Shown here: piece by piece, positions 14,401 to 26,110 of the stretch | Layout of the letters: every line of letters starts with the position of its first letter | How positions within the stretch are numbered: the first letter of the stretch is position 1 | Assembly (NCBI RefSeq): GCF_964355755.1 | Contig: NC_092676.1 | Span: forward strand, 16,138,871-16,202,870 | DNA: 64,000 bases | Direction: 5' to 3' | From: Antedon mediterranea | Taxonomy: Eukaryota; Animalia; Echinodermata | Made by a program: the position numbers and the translations under genes | Notes under the pieces: model-generated | Databases searched by the model: none | Seen by the model: the letters and a program-made list of their open reading frames with translations, nothing else | Told to the model about the DNA's origin: nothing

Positions 14401-14584
14401 AAACATTTATTATTTTTACTATCTATTTTGAATTGTATATATAAAATAGGTGTAATTAAATATGTTTATTTTATCATTTAGGCCTTCTATATCAGGAAAA
14501 ATTTCTTTGGATGAAGCACCTTCTGTTTATCAGATGATAAAATCAAGAAGAATAGGAACAGTGGTAGTGGTAATGGATCAGTAG
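8499..14584 (+). CDS. CRYZL1: Quinone oxidoreductase-like protein 1 (zeta-crystallin-like, MDR family; FERRY complex subunit), 10 coding exons, ~355 aa
   Basis: Exons 8499-8567, 9299-9385, 9633-9819, 10171-10304, 10600-10711, 11045-11146, 11993-12114, 12505-12610, 13851-13896, 14482-14584. All introns are GT-AG and phase-compatible (1068 nt). The translation has CRYZL1-type motifs [82 protein letters not shown]. Confidence 0.93.
11344..11502 (-). mobile_element. Short non-autonomous Helitron-like element in CRYZL1 intron 6
   Basis: The minus strand starts TCTATTTATT and ends in CTAG, preceded by a hairpin (CTAGATGGTA..TACCATCTAG). The 5' flank is G rather than the canonical A. Confidence 0.4.
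12611..13850 (+). other. U12-type (minor spliceosome) GT-AG intron of CRYZL1
   Basis: The 5' splice site is GTATCCTTT at 12611. A branch-point-like TCCTTAA (13830-13836) lies ~12 nt before the AG at 13849-13850, with no long polypyrimidine tract. Confidence 0.88.
13070..13664. mobile_element. hAT-like MITE with long TIRs and an 8-bp TSD
   Basis: TIRs are CAGAGCCATATATAGAGAGAGTT / AACTCTCTCTATATATGGCTCTG. Inverted similarity continues ~250 bp inward. TSD ACCCCACC at 13062-13069 and 13665-13672. Confidence 0.88.
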
Positions 14585-15553
14585 ATAATAGAATTACTAT
14601 ATACAGTATATATATATATATATAAATTGCTATCATTGTGTAATACTGTATATCATAAAAATCATGAATTTTTATGAGTGCAATTGTACAAATATTTGCA
14701 TGGTGTTTCATCTTTCACCAAACAAAATTATTTTTGAATTGCACAAATAAAAACATTCAGAATTTGTTTTTTTATAACAAAGCTACTTTTATACAATTAT
14801 TTGCTGCTGAAATGAGAGGCCAGGCCAAGGCCTGAACCATTAACAACGGCAGCACTCCAATGTTGGACGCAGATTAAAACAATTATAGACGCCACACACA
14901 ACAGGTTGATTGAACCTCAACAGCCTTGTGTTGTACCATAGACTAAACAATACTTAAATGCTAATTGTAACAAGAATGAACATGCTATAACAAAATTGCA
15001 CTTGCATGTAATGATATCTTGATGACGTAAGGGTTCATTGGTTTAGTATTGAATATTATGTGACTGTTCAATTATTCAATCAAATAACAAGAATCTACTC
15101 AGGTGTATTCATTGGATTGTATATTCAGTTTCAGTTTTATTTCACACAACATACTACACTATAATAATATATAATATATATATATATAAATAAATGATAA
15201 AGATGCTAGTAAATTACCAACTAAACATTTTATTGCACTACAGGCTGTTTCATGAGAATGAACTCAATCTTCAGGTGCTTGGCTCTGAATGATAGTCACA
15301 AGTGAATACAAAAAGGTATAATAAAGTTGTAAGGCAAAACTGTTTATGTGATATAATATAAACACAACAGGCATAGAAATAAATTCCAAATATATATATA
15401 TATATCCAATCTGCAGACAGTACTGTTTCAATCTTATTAGATCTCGTCAGTGCAGCTCAGGTTTCGAAATGAAATGTACCGCAGAACTGGCACAATATAT
15501 AGGCTGAGCCAGGTATGCGGGACATGGTACACTGATTATGAACACAAAGAGTG

Positions 15554-15592
<39 letters not shown>

Positions 15593-16905
15593 TTTTCTGG
15601 CTGTTTACTTTATCGTTTTGATTTAGCTTTTCGCTTTTTTTTTGTATCTCCATTGAGATCCAGCCACTGATACCCACAGCATTGTCATTTTTTTCAGTAA
15701 TTTGCCTTTGGATTTGTCATATAATATATATATAATAATAAGAAAGCATTTGATTGTGTGTGGAAATTACAATAAGCCATGGTGGCTTTAAGTATGAACC
15801 TCCAAATAAAACAAACAATAAATATGCTAATGACTGAAATAAGGAGAAAAACAATACAAAAATGCACTTCTATGAATTAATAATTGTTTATATTTTCCTT
15901 TAAAAATACTAATTTATTTGACAATTTGAGATTTAAAGGTATGATAAATTATGTCCATAATAAATAAAAAATGTCCTGTGAAGTGAAATAGAATATTTTT
16001 CGTAAATGATATTTTTAGAATTCGAAGACCCTATTATAAGAATGCAATTGACAAAATTTGAAAAGAAAATATTAAATTGTGAAGGAAGCTGGTTATTACT
16101 GAAGCGAAATATTACCATGGTTGTTTGGAATTTGTTAATAAAAAATTATATTTGATGTATCTAATTGAATATACAACAATCTACTTGGGTGCGTTAATTG
16201 TATTGAATTCTTGTGACACACTCAAATTTACTAGGGTGTTTTATAATGTTATGTTAAATTTAAATACAGAATCACAGACAATGCATTTCACTTGTTGTTC
16301 ATAGCAATAGTAGGCCTATGTATACATTAATATTCTATAATAGATTCTGTGATTATTATTCAAGACATAGTAAACGCATAAACCGTATAAAGCTATTCTG
16401 TGTACGTTTTTATTTAAGCTTCCAACTTCTATCTACCAACTAGACTCTAGCTGGCCAGAGCGCTCTTACAATTTAAAAGATAACGCTTACAAATAAGGGA
16501 CCATGTCAATTTTATAGTACGGCATTTACTTCAGTAACCATATATTGTTTGCTCTTTGATCTGTTATACATTCAATTACCATATTTACTCAGAATTTTTT
16601 GAATAATTGTACATATTGTTTATTGCAATCACTGCCTTTGATTGAAACAAATTAAAAGTATACATTATGGATATTTAGTGACTGAAAGTGAAATAATATT
16701 TGAATATATAATTATATTACATATAATATATTATACTTTATAAGATTAGATGATAGGTATGAAATTTATGATATTGAAGACTTAAAATGTAAGGAAATAT
16801 AGAGGCTGTAGGGAGGAAAAGATTTTTTTGATTGAAATTTATGTAGGCCTACCTGATGCATTTTGTTGACAGTACCGCCATATACTTCATATTGTCTGGC
16901 CTACA

Positions 16906-18169
16906 ATGGCATACTTTATCATTATTCCTGATCCCCGTACTTTAACCTAGAAATGAATAGAATAGTAATTAATTATATAACAATGAACTCTTATAAAGGT
17001 TATTTCGTTCTAAAATAAATGGTGCAAAGTACGCGTAACTACGGAGATAACATGTCTGTGGCATTGGTATGACCTATTTAATAAAATATTTCATTAGAAG
17101 CAAATTATTATGATGATAATATTAATAATGTATGCTTTATCATTACATGAAAACTTTGAAGTGAATTATCTTTAAGGCCGTGATCGAAAATAAACGGTAC
17201 CATATGTCATGTTACTATCGAAACCTCTACATTATAGCTATTTAATGAATAGAATAAAACAATAGATTTAAATATTCTTCTCACGCTGATTTTTTTTATT
17301 TATTCATTTAGGCCTGCATTCAAACATAATTTGGGAGCAACATCCGAATCGGCTTGCTATATAACTATATAGTTAGTCTATTTAGGCTTATACTTATACA
17401 CGATGATAAGCTTATAATTTAGTAGAAACAAACATCCTTCACATTGAGGATTGAAATTGTTTTATGTTTTACTTTAGAAAATACAAAGTGAATCAACGTG
17501 AGAAGAATATGTCTCTCGATATTGATATGGCATACTTTATCATTATTCCTGATCCCCGTACTTTAACCTAGAAATGAATAGAATAGTAGGCCTATTTGGT
17601 AAATCTGAAAAAACATAATTAATTATATAACAATGAACTCTTATAAAGGTTATTTCGTTCTGAAATAAATGGTACAAAGTACGCGTAATTACGGAGATAA
17701 CATGTCTGTGGCATTGGTATGACCTATTTAATAAAATATTTCATTAGAAGCAAATTATTATGATGATAATATTAATAATGTATGGTTTATCATTACATGA
17801 AAACTTTGAAGTGAATTATCTTTAAGGCCGTGATCGAAAATAAACGGTACCATATGTCATGTTACTATCGAAACCTCTATATTACAGCTATTTAATGAAT
17901 TGAACAAAACAATAGATTTAAATATTCTTCTCATGTTGATTTTGTTATTTATTCATTTAGGCCTGCAATCAAACATAATTTGGGAGCAACATCCGAATCG
18001 GCTTGCTATATAACTATATAGTTAGTCTATTTAGGCTTATACTTATACACGATGATAAGCTTATAATTTAGTAGAAACAAACATCCTTCACATTGAGGAT
18101 TGAAATTGTTTTATGTTTTACTTTAGAAAATACAAAGTGAATCAACGTGAGAAGAATATGTCTCTCGAT
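16906..18169. repeat. Tandem duplication of ~620 bp (16906-17520 and 17527-18169)
   Basis: Near-identical blocks from ATGGCATACTTTATCATT to GAATATGTCTCTCGAT. The second copy has a short insertion near 17589. Confidence 0.92.
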
Positions 18170-18275
18170 GTTGTAACAAAACATAATTAGAATTTTTCGT
18201 TCTATAATTTCAAATCCAATCAAATATGGACATAAAACAATAGGAAGAAAGATTGTTTGGGCCTACATTGGTATG

Positions 18276-18376
18276 TTTTTTAGTCTCTACAGCTCACTAT
18301 GTCGGTTGGTCGGTCGGTCTGTAAGCACTAATTCAAATTTTCGCACGCGACTGCAGCAATGTATATGGCCTTGTTT
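18276..18376 (+). mobile_element. HINE/DINE-1-like short element (partial)
   Basis: Same family as 31207-31332: CAGCTCACTATGTCGG, GGTC microsatellite, GCACGCGACT, TATATGGCCTTGTTT. Confidence 0.65.
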
Positions 18377-19199
18377 CTTTAAAACTAGCGATGTTTGTTG
18401 TCAATTGAGATACAGGCGCGCGACAGAATATCATTTAATCGCAGGGCATAATTTGTCAGTAATACAAATTATCACGTATTACATATTTTGTTACGTTCAT
18501 CCCAAGTTTATTTACAATAATTGCAACCTTACGTCGACTGTCTTTATCAGTCCCTAATGTGAATCGGTGATTGTGCTGCTTTGATAACAGCGACTCATTG
18601 TAATAGCAGTTAACTAGCGTGTCATAATGTAGACCTGGATTATCAACGTAGTAGGACGTCTCTTTCGTTCAATCCTGTTCGTGTGGGTTTGCCCGAATCA
18701 TAAGCTGTTTGATTTTATATTAGGAACTTACAAACAAGTTAATATAAATAAATATACCATAATAATCATTAATAATAGTAAACAATGTTTAAATAATGTT
18801 TGATATATTAATCATCAAACAACATGTATTATATATTATATCTGTTAACTAGACTAAATTAAGTTGCATTAAAAAAATGTAATAACTGAAACCATAAAAT
18901 GGACTATTCCAGCATATTATTCCTTACCTGGGGATATTGCTCTATATAAAGTCTTGTTTAAGTTCAGTTGATACAATCCGTAAGTGCTGGATTGCATCTC
19001 AATAACCCATGAGGTAAGTCTTTTCCCCATTTATATACATTATATATTTGTCTGTATCAGGGTAAACATTATTTTAAATATTATATGTTGTTAACTGTAA
19101 TTATTATTTCATACAGGAAATAAATTAAATAGTTAAGTAGGCCTAAATAAAAACTACAGTATTATGGTTAGGGTTAGTTTTTCGTTCACTTGATATTAA

Positions 19200-19784
19200 A
19201 GGCCAGGTGCGGGCAAAAAATGTCTATTGATCAGACATTCTAATAATTATCGATCTATAGTTTCCCCTATGTTTCATAATTTTTGGGATTTTATTTGTTT
19301 TACACGAGCTTGTTGAAAATAAGCCCTTTCTTATCAGTGGGGGGATAGTTCAAATTACACAGTAAAATCCCTATTCTTTTGTACACAAATTTTGTAAATA
19401 GAGAGGCATTTTAAAAAGCTATGAAAAATAAATGGTGTTGTAAAAAATGTTATCAGATTACTAAATATAGGTAATATAACTTGAATATTACATTTCTTCT
19501 TTCAACTTCAGATTTTTATTTTCATGCTATAGCAAAAATTATCCACCGTTATCCACCATCTTTTTTCACCGTCTAGGGAGTCACCAGACATGTTATTACA
19601 TTAGGTTAACTACCTAACTACTGAAAAAAGTCTTCCTGGTTTTTATGGTAGAATTTTGCCAAATTTTGTATTTGACTATATTAAGGGAAATTCATGTTTT
19701 TTCGTCTCGATTTCTGTTACAAATATTTGATTTATGTACAATTAACCAAATATTATATTTAAAATTCATGCCTGAACCTGAGCT
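19200..19784. mobile_element. Kolobok-like non-autonomous DNA element
   Basis: TTAA on both flanks (19196-19199, 19785-19788). Imperfect TIRs AGGCCAGGTGCGGGCA / TGCCTGAACCTGAGCT. Confidence 0.5.
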
Positions 19785-20169
19785 TTAAAGGGAGATACTA
19801 GCATATATATTTATAGTGATAATAAGCCTAATACTTCATTAAAATGCACATGTCGTAATTAATGGAGTCAACCATCTTTTTCAACCATACCGAATTAAAT
19901 GCAACCTTAACTAACCTATAACTTACAAATCATGTAAGGGATAGTAGCATATAATATAACCTAGTTAAAACATCAGAGATAAAACAATGTTACCGTTCTA
20001 TTGATACGAACCATCGAATATTGTACCAACATGCATATGAGAAGAATCTGATCATTTGAAGTTACATAATGTCATTATAAAACTAAAAAGACATTAACAT
20101 TAATGTATTCACTATCACCACGTTTCAAATAGTTTTTAGCTGTGTTCTATATTTTATAATTATAATATA

Positions 20170-20350
20170 ACAGATATCGCCTTTTATATCGATAAAATAT
20201 GAGATATAACATCCCATTGAGAATAATATCTAGCTCTTATCGGGAATATATTTCACTCAGCTTGCGCTTCGGAAAATATTAATTCCAAAAATATCATTCC
20301 CTCGGGGAAGTCAAATTTTATATTTTACCTTTAAGCAAGGCAATATCTGT
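20170..20350. mobile_element. Small MITE-like element
   Basis: Inverted ends ACAGATATCGCCTT / AAGGCAATATCTGT. Confidence 0.4.
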
Positions 20351-20629
20351 ATTATATATTATCCTTTTGAAACTGTACTGTATTTGGAAAAGAACACCTC
20401 GCTTACGCGAAATTTAGTATATGTCGTCGAACGCGAACATGGTGATGGACACGACGTCGGATTTTGGTGAATATATTTTACCAGTTTGAAATAAGTCGTA
20501 GGCCTATTGATTTAATATGAGTAGAATTGATTACATTGCAGTCTGTGACTGAAGAACATTGGCCTTAGTACTAATCAATTTCGTTTGTTTAGCAACATTT
20601 CTATGTATATTTCTTTGTATATTTCTTTT

Positions 20630-21326
20630 TTACCAACCTATGCTCTCTGGACAATATACAAATCACTCATTGAACCAGTATTAAATTATTGCAACATAAT
20701 ATGGTGTAGTACATTTCCAAGTTATCTAGATGAGTTATTTAAACTCCAGAAAAGGGCATTACGAGCTATAACATGGTCAAAGTTTAATGATTCCATGACT
20801 GAATGTTTCTATAAATTTAAACTTCTTAAAATTGCGGATATCAATAGGTACCAAATTGGGCTCTTCAGGTATAATGTTACTACTAATCAGGACGTGCGTT
20901 TTTCATCGCTCTTTATTAAAAATGGTTCTTACCATTATTATAATACAATATCTAAAGACAAAATGAGACTCAGAAAACGTAATCGTACTTCTACCAGTTT
21001 TACTGTGTCATGCATGGGACCTAAATTGTGGAATGACTTGAATTACGAACTACAAAGTACCAAATCAATATATATATTTAAATCATTGTTTAAAGAACAT
21101 TTATTATCCTTTTACAAATAATTTTGAAATAATACTTGTTGCAGGATTTAGCTTTTTTTTTTATTATTTATGTTTTAGTTTTTAGGCTAGTTAGGGACGT
21201 AAGGGGACACAATTAATCAAGCTCTTTTGAGTTTTTATGTGTTTCCTTTTCATCTTTATTTTATGTTCTCATATATTGTTGTATATTTTCATGATTGATG
21301 ATGAATAAAGAATATTTGAATTGAAT
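20630..21326 (+). mobile_element. 3' fragment of an L2/CR1-group LINE
   Basis: ORF IYKSLIEPVLNYCNIIW..LQKRALRAI..GPKLWNDL..FKSLFKEHLL is the typical C-terminus after the RT domain. It ends with AATAAA and (TTGAA)n. Confidence 0.85.
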
Positions 21327-21736
21327 ATGTTAACAATGAAATAATTTGGCCTATACTCGCGCTTTGTTTGATAATCAAAATTATGTATAGAGAGAGAGGA
21401 AAAGATACATTCAAAGTAGAAAACGATGCGCAAGTAAATCATGAGCAATGTGTTTTAACTAAATTGTGTACACCCGATACAAAATTACAATGTACATAAT
21501 ATGTGAAGCAAATTATATATTTTATGGCGATTCTGTATTGGTGTTTTGAATCAATAAATAAATGTTTTTGGAAGCATCAGACGGTTCTGGGCGATTCACT
21601 CCACTCCACTCATCATCATTATTCAGCTATTACATATAGTTACATACTTTTAACTCCATTCTTGAACTTTAGAGGCCTAGGTATCGTAATTAATAATGTT
21701 ATTCGTGTGTTAATTTACATAATTTATAACAGCAAT

Positions 21737-24700
21737 ATGGAGGACCTTGGCTGGGATGCCGAGTTGGCCATCAATATTGTCCAACGACAGAAAGAACTTT
21801 TGCTTGCACCTGACACAATGGAATCGTATAAAGAACGTCTTGATTTTAAAGAAAGTGACGTGATAGTGAATATAAAGGTGACGTATTATGACAAAAACAT
21901 TTTGATTATGCGTTATTCATATTTCAAAAGTTTCAGAGTTTTCTCTACATACAAACCTTTTTAGTTATACAGGTTTAACAATGAATTTTATGAAACTATC
22001 TAATTATTATTATCTTATTGTGACTTTTAGGATATTTGGAAAGAGATTGATTATCGAGTATTAAACGAATTTGACATCAAGGTACCGCCTGGTTTCCCTG
22101 GTATTTTAGCTTACATTCACACTAAATTTTCCGGGAATCAACAGGTAGGTAGTTTTGAACATAATGCGTCACAAATCGACTTCGTCAACACCAATTTCAC
22201 ATTTCCACATTCTCGTTCCTCCTAATATTTTCATATTAACATGAAAATTAATCATCATCATTATCATCTGTAGTCATCTTTTATCAATGATTTCATTGTT
22301 ATCACTCGTACACAATGTCATTGTTTGAAATGATTATCGTCATAATCATTTTTGTTATCTTCATCAAACCATCAGTGATATTTATCATGTCATTTCCACT
22401 TGTAAGTTGAACCAATAGACGTTAAAGAATAGTTTATTATACATATTGAAAGTATTCAAAATATTTGTTTATTTTAGGTCTTAAAGGAACTTAATTACGT
22501 GCTTCACAGTGGACCTGGCAAAGATGTTTTAACAATTGGATCATCCTACCCGGATGTTCAATTGGTCTCAGTTGAAACGCAAGAAAAATACCCCCTTTCA
22601 ATACTCCATCTCCACAAGGAACGCCCTCTTCTCATTGTTACGTCTTCAGCATCCTGACCTCCGTTTCAGGTAATTGTAGTTATTAGCCGTTTTTTAACTT
22701 AAAATGATACTGATACTGATATTATTTTATTGTCCATAGTAATATAAAATAAAAATACATTTAAAACTTGCATGAAAAAATGAAAAAATATATACTTTAC
22801 AAATTCAGAAGATTAAAAATACACAAAAATACATTAAAAGATAGGTTATATATAATACATACAGATTAACAAAAATTAAGGATGGAAATTTGAAGAGGAA
22901 TTCGAAACTCAATAAATGGTGCAATAAAACATAATTAATATGATTTGTAATTGATATTAACATGTTCACATCCGATCTCTCACAACTAAACGCTAACATT
23001 ATAAACACATAAACCGTATTTTCATATATGTAGGAAATATTCACTATAATTTAGACTTCAATTCAATAACATTTATACAATAATAGTAAGACAAATAATA
23101 CAGGAATAATAAACAATAAGAAACAGTAATACAATACAAAAACAAGAAGAGGCAAATAAGAGAAAGGAATGCCATCATTGCGGTCATGATTAGAAGTAAC
23201 CTCAGATATTAACAAATTGTCCCCCTGAAAAATAAATGTTTACAATTTTTTTTGTTGAATATGGAATTTTAATGTCACACAATAGTTATCCACTTTGACC
23301 AAAAATCGGATCTAAAAAAAATTGTATTTACCTAAAAAAAATTTAAAGCAAAAAATTGTCAAATTGGCTGCCAGCCAAAGGAGTTTTGGTTGAATTTAAG
23401 TGAAAAAAATTTTTTTTTATACGGAAGTTATTAACTTTATTAAAACTACAAAATAACCTATTCAAAGTCTGATTTAATTAATCTTCATTTTTCATGTTTT
23501 TGAGGGACAATACATCTTTAAATAAATAATAATATGAAACAATTAAATGTTATAACTTGAATTATGACAACAAGATTTGTCATTTTTGAAATTCTTATCG
23601 ATATACTTTGAACCATTTCGTCGACAACAAGTCATTTGACCTATGGTCGGTAGACAAAATAAACTTAAAAGATAAACGAAAACGATCAAATCAAATAGTT
23701 ATGAAAGAACCTCTTTTCGTTAACAACAAGTGGCAACATGACTCTGAAAGATCGTAATGTTTTTTTTGTCTAATATAGGAACTTGACATATTATGAGCAA
23801 CAGTTGTTTTCAGTTACTATGAGAGCTTGTTGATGCCGATATAGTTGAATTGTTTCAAGTTACACGAGTCTGTCTAGACAAACCCATTTTAATAGTTTTC
23901 AAAACAAGCAGACAGCAAAAAGTTGATTCTCGATTCACTCGATTCTTAAGACTTAATACTTATTATATTCTAAATGTACTTGTCACAAATATGCGACCAT
24001 AAAACATGGTACATCTATCATAACATATAGCGATTGAATGATGAATTGAAAATCAGATAAATATTGTATCCCTCTCGTAACAATAAGGCCTCTCGTAACA
24101 ATAGGGAGTTTTCACATCGGGACGGTCAATTAACAGGTTAGCAACGGTATTAAACTAAAAATCACATTTTACAACTAGATTACTTTAAAAAAACATGTTA
24201 TCTTGATACCGGTAGGCCTATAGATTGTTAAACTGGTAATTAATTTAGTCATTTCCTATTAGGCCTATATTGTTTCATTGTAAACAACAACGCAAACAAA
24301 TCCACCAATACGTGTTTTTAATTCATGATAATTGTTATCACTAATTTTATACTTATACTAACAATAACATACTTTGTTTTACTATGCAGGCCATCGTATT
24401 AGGTGGCGGTCTTTCTAGATTATTCGATGACTATAAAGAGAAGGTAGACTTTTTGTGTATATACCAAACAGAAGCACATCCTAAAGAACTATGGAACTTG
24501 GGCCCCGTACTTAGTAGTATCACTCAACATGCTACGATGGATGACAGAAAACAAGCAGCTATGTAGGTTTCTCCTGTCATTTTACCAATAATATAATAAA
24601 AATAGGGTTGGTAACACATTATATTTTGAGAAAGATGAGGACCTCTTTGAACACGCATCTTCTCTCTTAATACTATTCAAACGACAACATTTCTAACAAG

Positions 24701-25129
24701 TATTTTAAAGTTCAGAATATTTTAAAAGTGTCAAATTTATAATGCTTTAAATTCTTTTTTTTTCTACTGGTGACTGCTAAATCTAACAGAACCAATGTAG
24801 GCCTACTGACCCTAACCTCTGAAAACCTGATACTTAATCGAGTAATTTGTTTAATTTTCTTCTTTTAACAAAGGAACTTGATCAAAGTTGATGAACAACA
24901 TTACTCCGTTTTTACAAGTGATCCCTTCTCTAATACACAACTTCGTCTGGTGTGTGATACTATGGATAATCAATTCAGACTTTCCTTCAATGCTCATCCA
25001 GACAGAATATTTTTAATAAAAGGAGATAAGATCATGTATATCGGTAGAAACATAATATCACAGATGGACGAACCGATGAGATTAATGACAGATGAGGCCC
25101 GCCAAGTACTTGAGAAGTTTTTTGAATAA
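21737..25129 (+). CDS. Iodothyronine deiodinase-like (DI-like) selenoprotein, 5 coding exons, ~291 aa, Sec at codon 145
   Basis: Exons 21737-21877, 22031-22144, 22478-22669, 24390-24562, 24874-25129 (GT-AG, phase-compatible, 876 nt). In-frame TGA at 22655-22657 in RPLLIVTSSAS-U-PPF. Further deiodinase motifs: DFLCIYQTEAHPKELW, QH...DDRKQAA, DTMDN, AHPDRIFLI..KIMYIG. A SECIS lies downstream. Confidence 0.9.
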
Positions 25130-25587
25130 ATCGTCTTGTTTTGTATTCGTAGGCCTACTCGTTTTGAATACACACAAACTTAAAATAACAAAACTCAAAT
25201 CAACATGGCAGTTAACGTGAACGTTTTAACAGAAAAGCAACACTTTTTAACTCTATAATTGCAATGAAACTAAGAATCTATTAGTAAAGGTGACGGTTAA
25301 TTAACGATATTTACACTACTTCTCCTGTGTAAATGACATCCTGATGAATATATTGTGTTTATATTAGAGATTCGAATAAAAAAAAAAACAAGAATAAACG
25401 CAATAAAAAATGAAGTATTTTGATTAAGACAGATGATACCTACTGTAGGGTATAGTTAAGAGGTTATTGAAAAATTGTTTAAAAAAGAAATATGTCAATA
25501 CGTTTATTGACGCAACCAAACATTCCTGGTTTAATGTAAAATAGTATACGCTTTATAACATTTATATTCCAAACTCAACAATAACGC

Positions 25588-25660
25588 AGAAGAACCCTAT
25601 GACGACGATTATGAAAATGTATTATTGTACAAATTAACCGTTCGATGTTTATTGTCTTGA
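25588..25660 (+). promoter_or_regulatory. SECIS element (type 2) in the 3' UTR of the DI-like gene
   Basis: ATGAC (25599) and CGAT (25643) form the core. Helix II is GACGATTA/TAACCGTT, there is an unpaired AAA at 25614 and an apical mini-stem TGTA/TACA. AATAAA follows at 25683. Confidence 0.82.
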
Positions 25661-25939
25661 TGCGCTACTGTTCTATTTTGAAAATAAATGTTTTATCAAT
25701 TTGATAGTGCGGTATGTGTTGTCTGTCACATATGGCGCGCCTAGGTGTTCATAAGTTAGATGTTTTTATTTATTAACACTTTGTCAATTTAATAGTGCGG
25801 TGTGTGACGTTGTATTGAAACACATCCAGAACACATCAGCAAGACTTATCACGAAATCACACCAATTCTAATGTTAATGTTAAATGTATTAATCTGGTCC
25901 TTATGCTCAACTGAAAACTAAGGGAATTCGGATTAGGGC

Positions 25940-26110
25940 CTCCACGAACCCACGAGCTTCATTGACTTCTAGTTCCGCTTCGTATAAATCATAAAATAGC
26001 TATGCTCACGTTCAAGTCTATCAATAGTGTAGGTACATTTCCCGTATGCTTAAACCTTATGTACCATTTCGTATCTTGCGTGCATCTGATCATCTAATAG
26101 TGTAGTTGTA
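25940..26110 (+). mobile_element. Degraded L2-type LINE 3' fragment
   Basis: Translates as LH*LLVPLRINHKIAMLTFKS, resembling the LHWLP..RI..K..L..FK motif of L2 ORF2. Confidence 0.5.

Noticed and set aside
21503-21736. Hydrophobic N-terminal extension of ORF 21503-21964 as a deiodinase TM anchor
   Set aside because: It starts at GTG in AT-rich intron-like DNA upstream of an AG acceptor. The paralog at 53499 conserves only the acceptor and the ATG onward.
22655-22657. TGA as a pseudogenising stop
   Set aside because: It falls exactly at the deiodinase Sec position, downstream exons are intact, and a SECIS is present.
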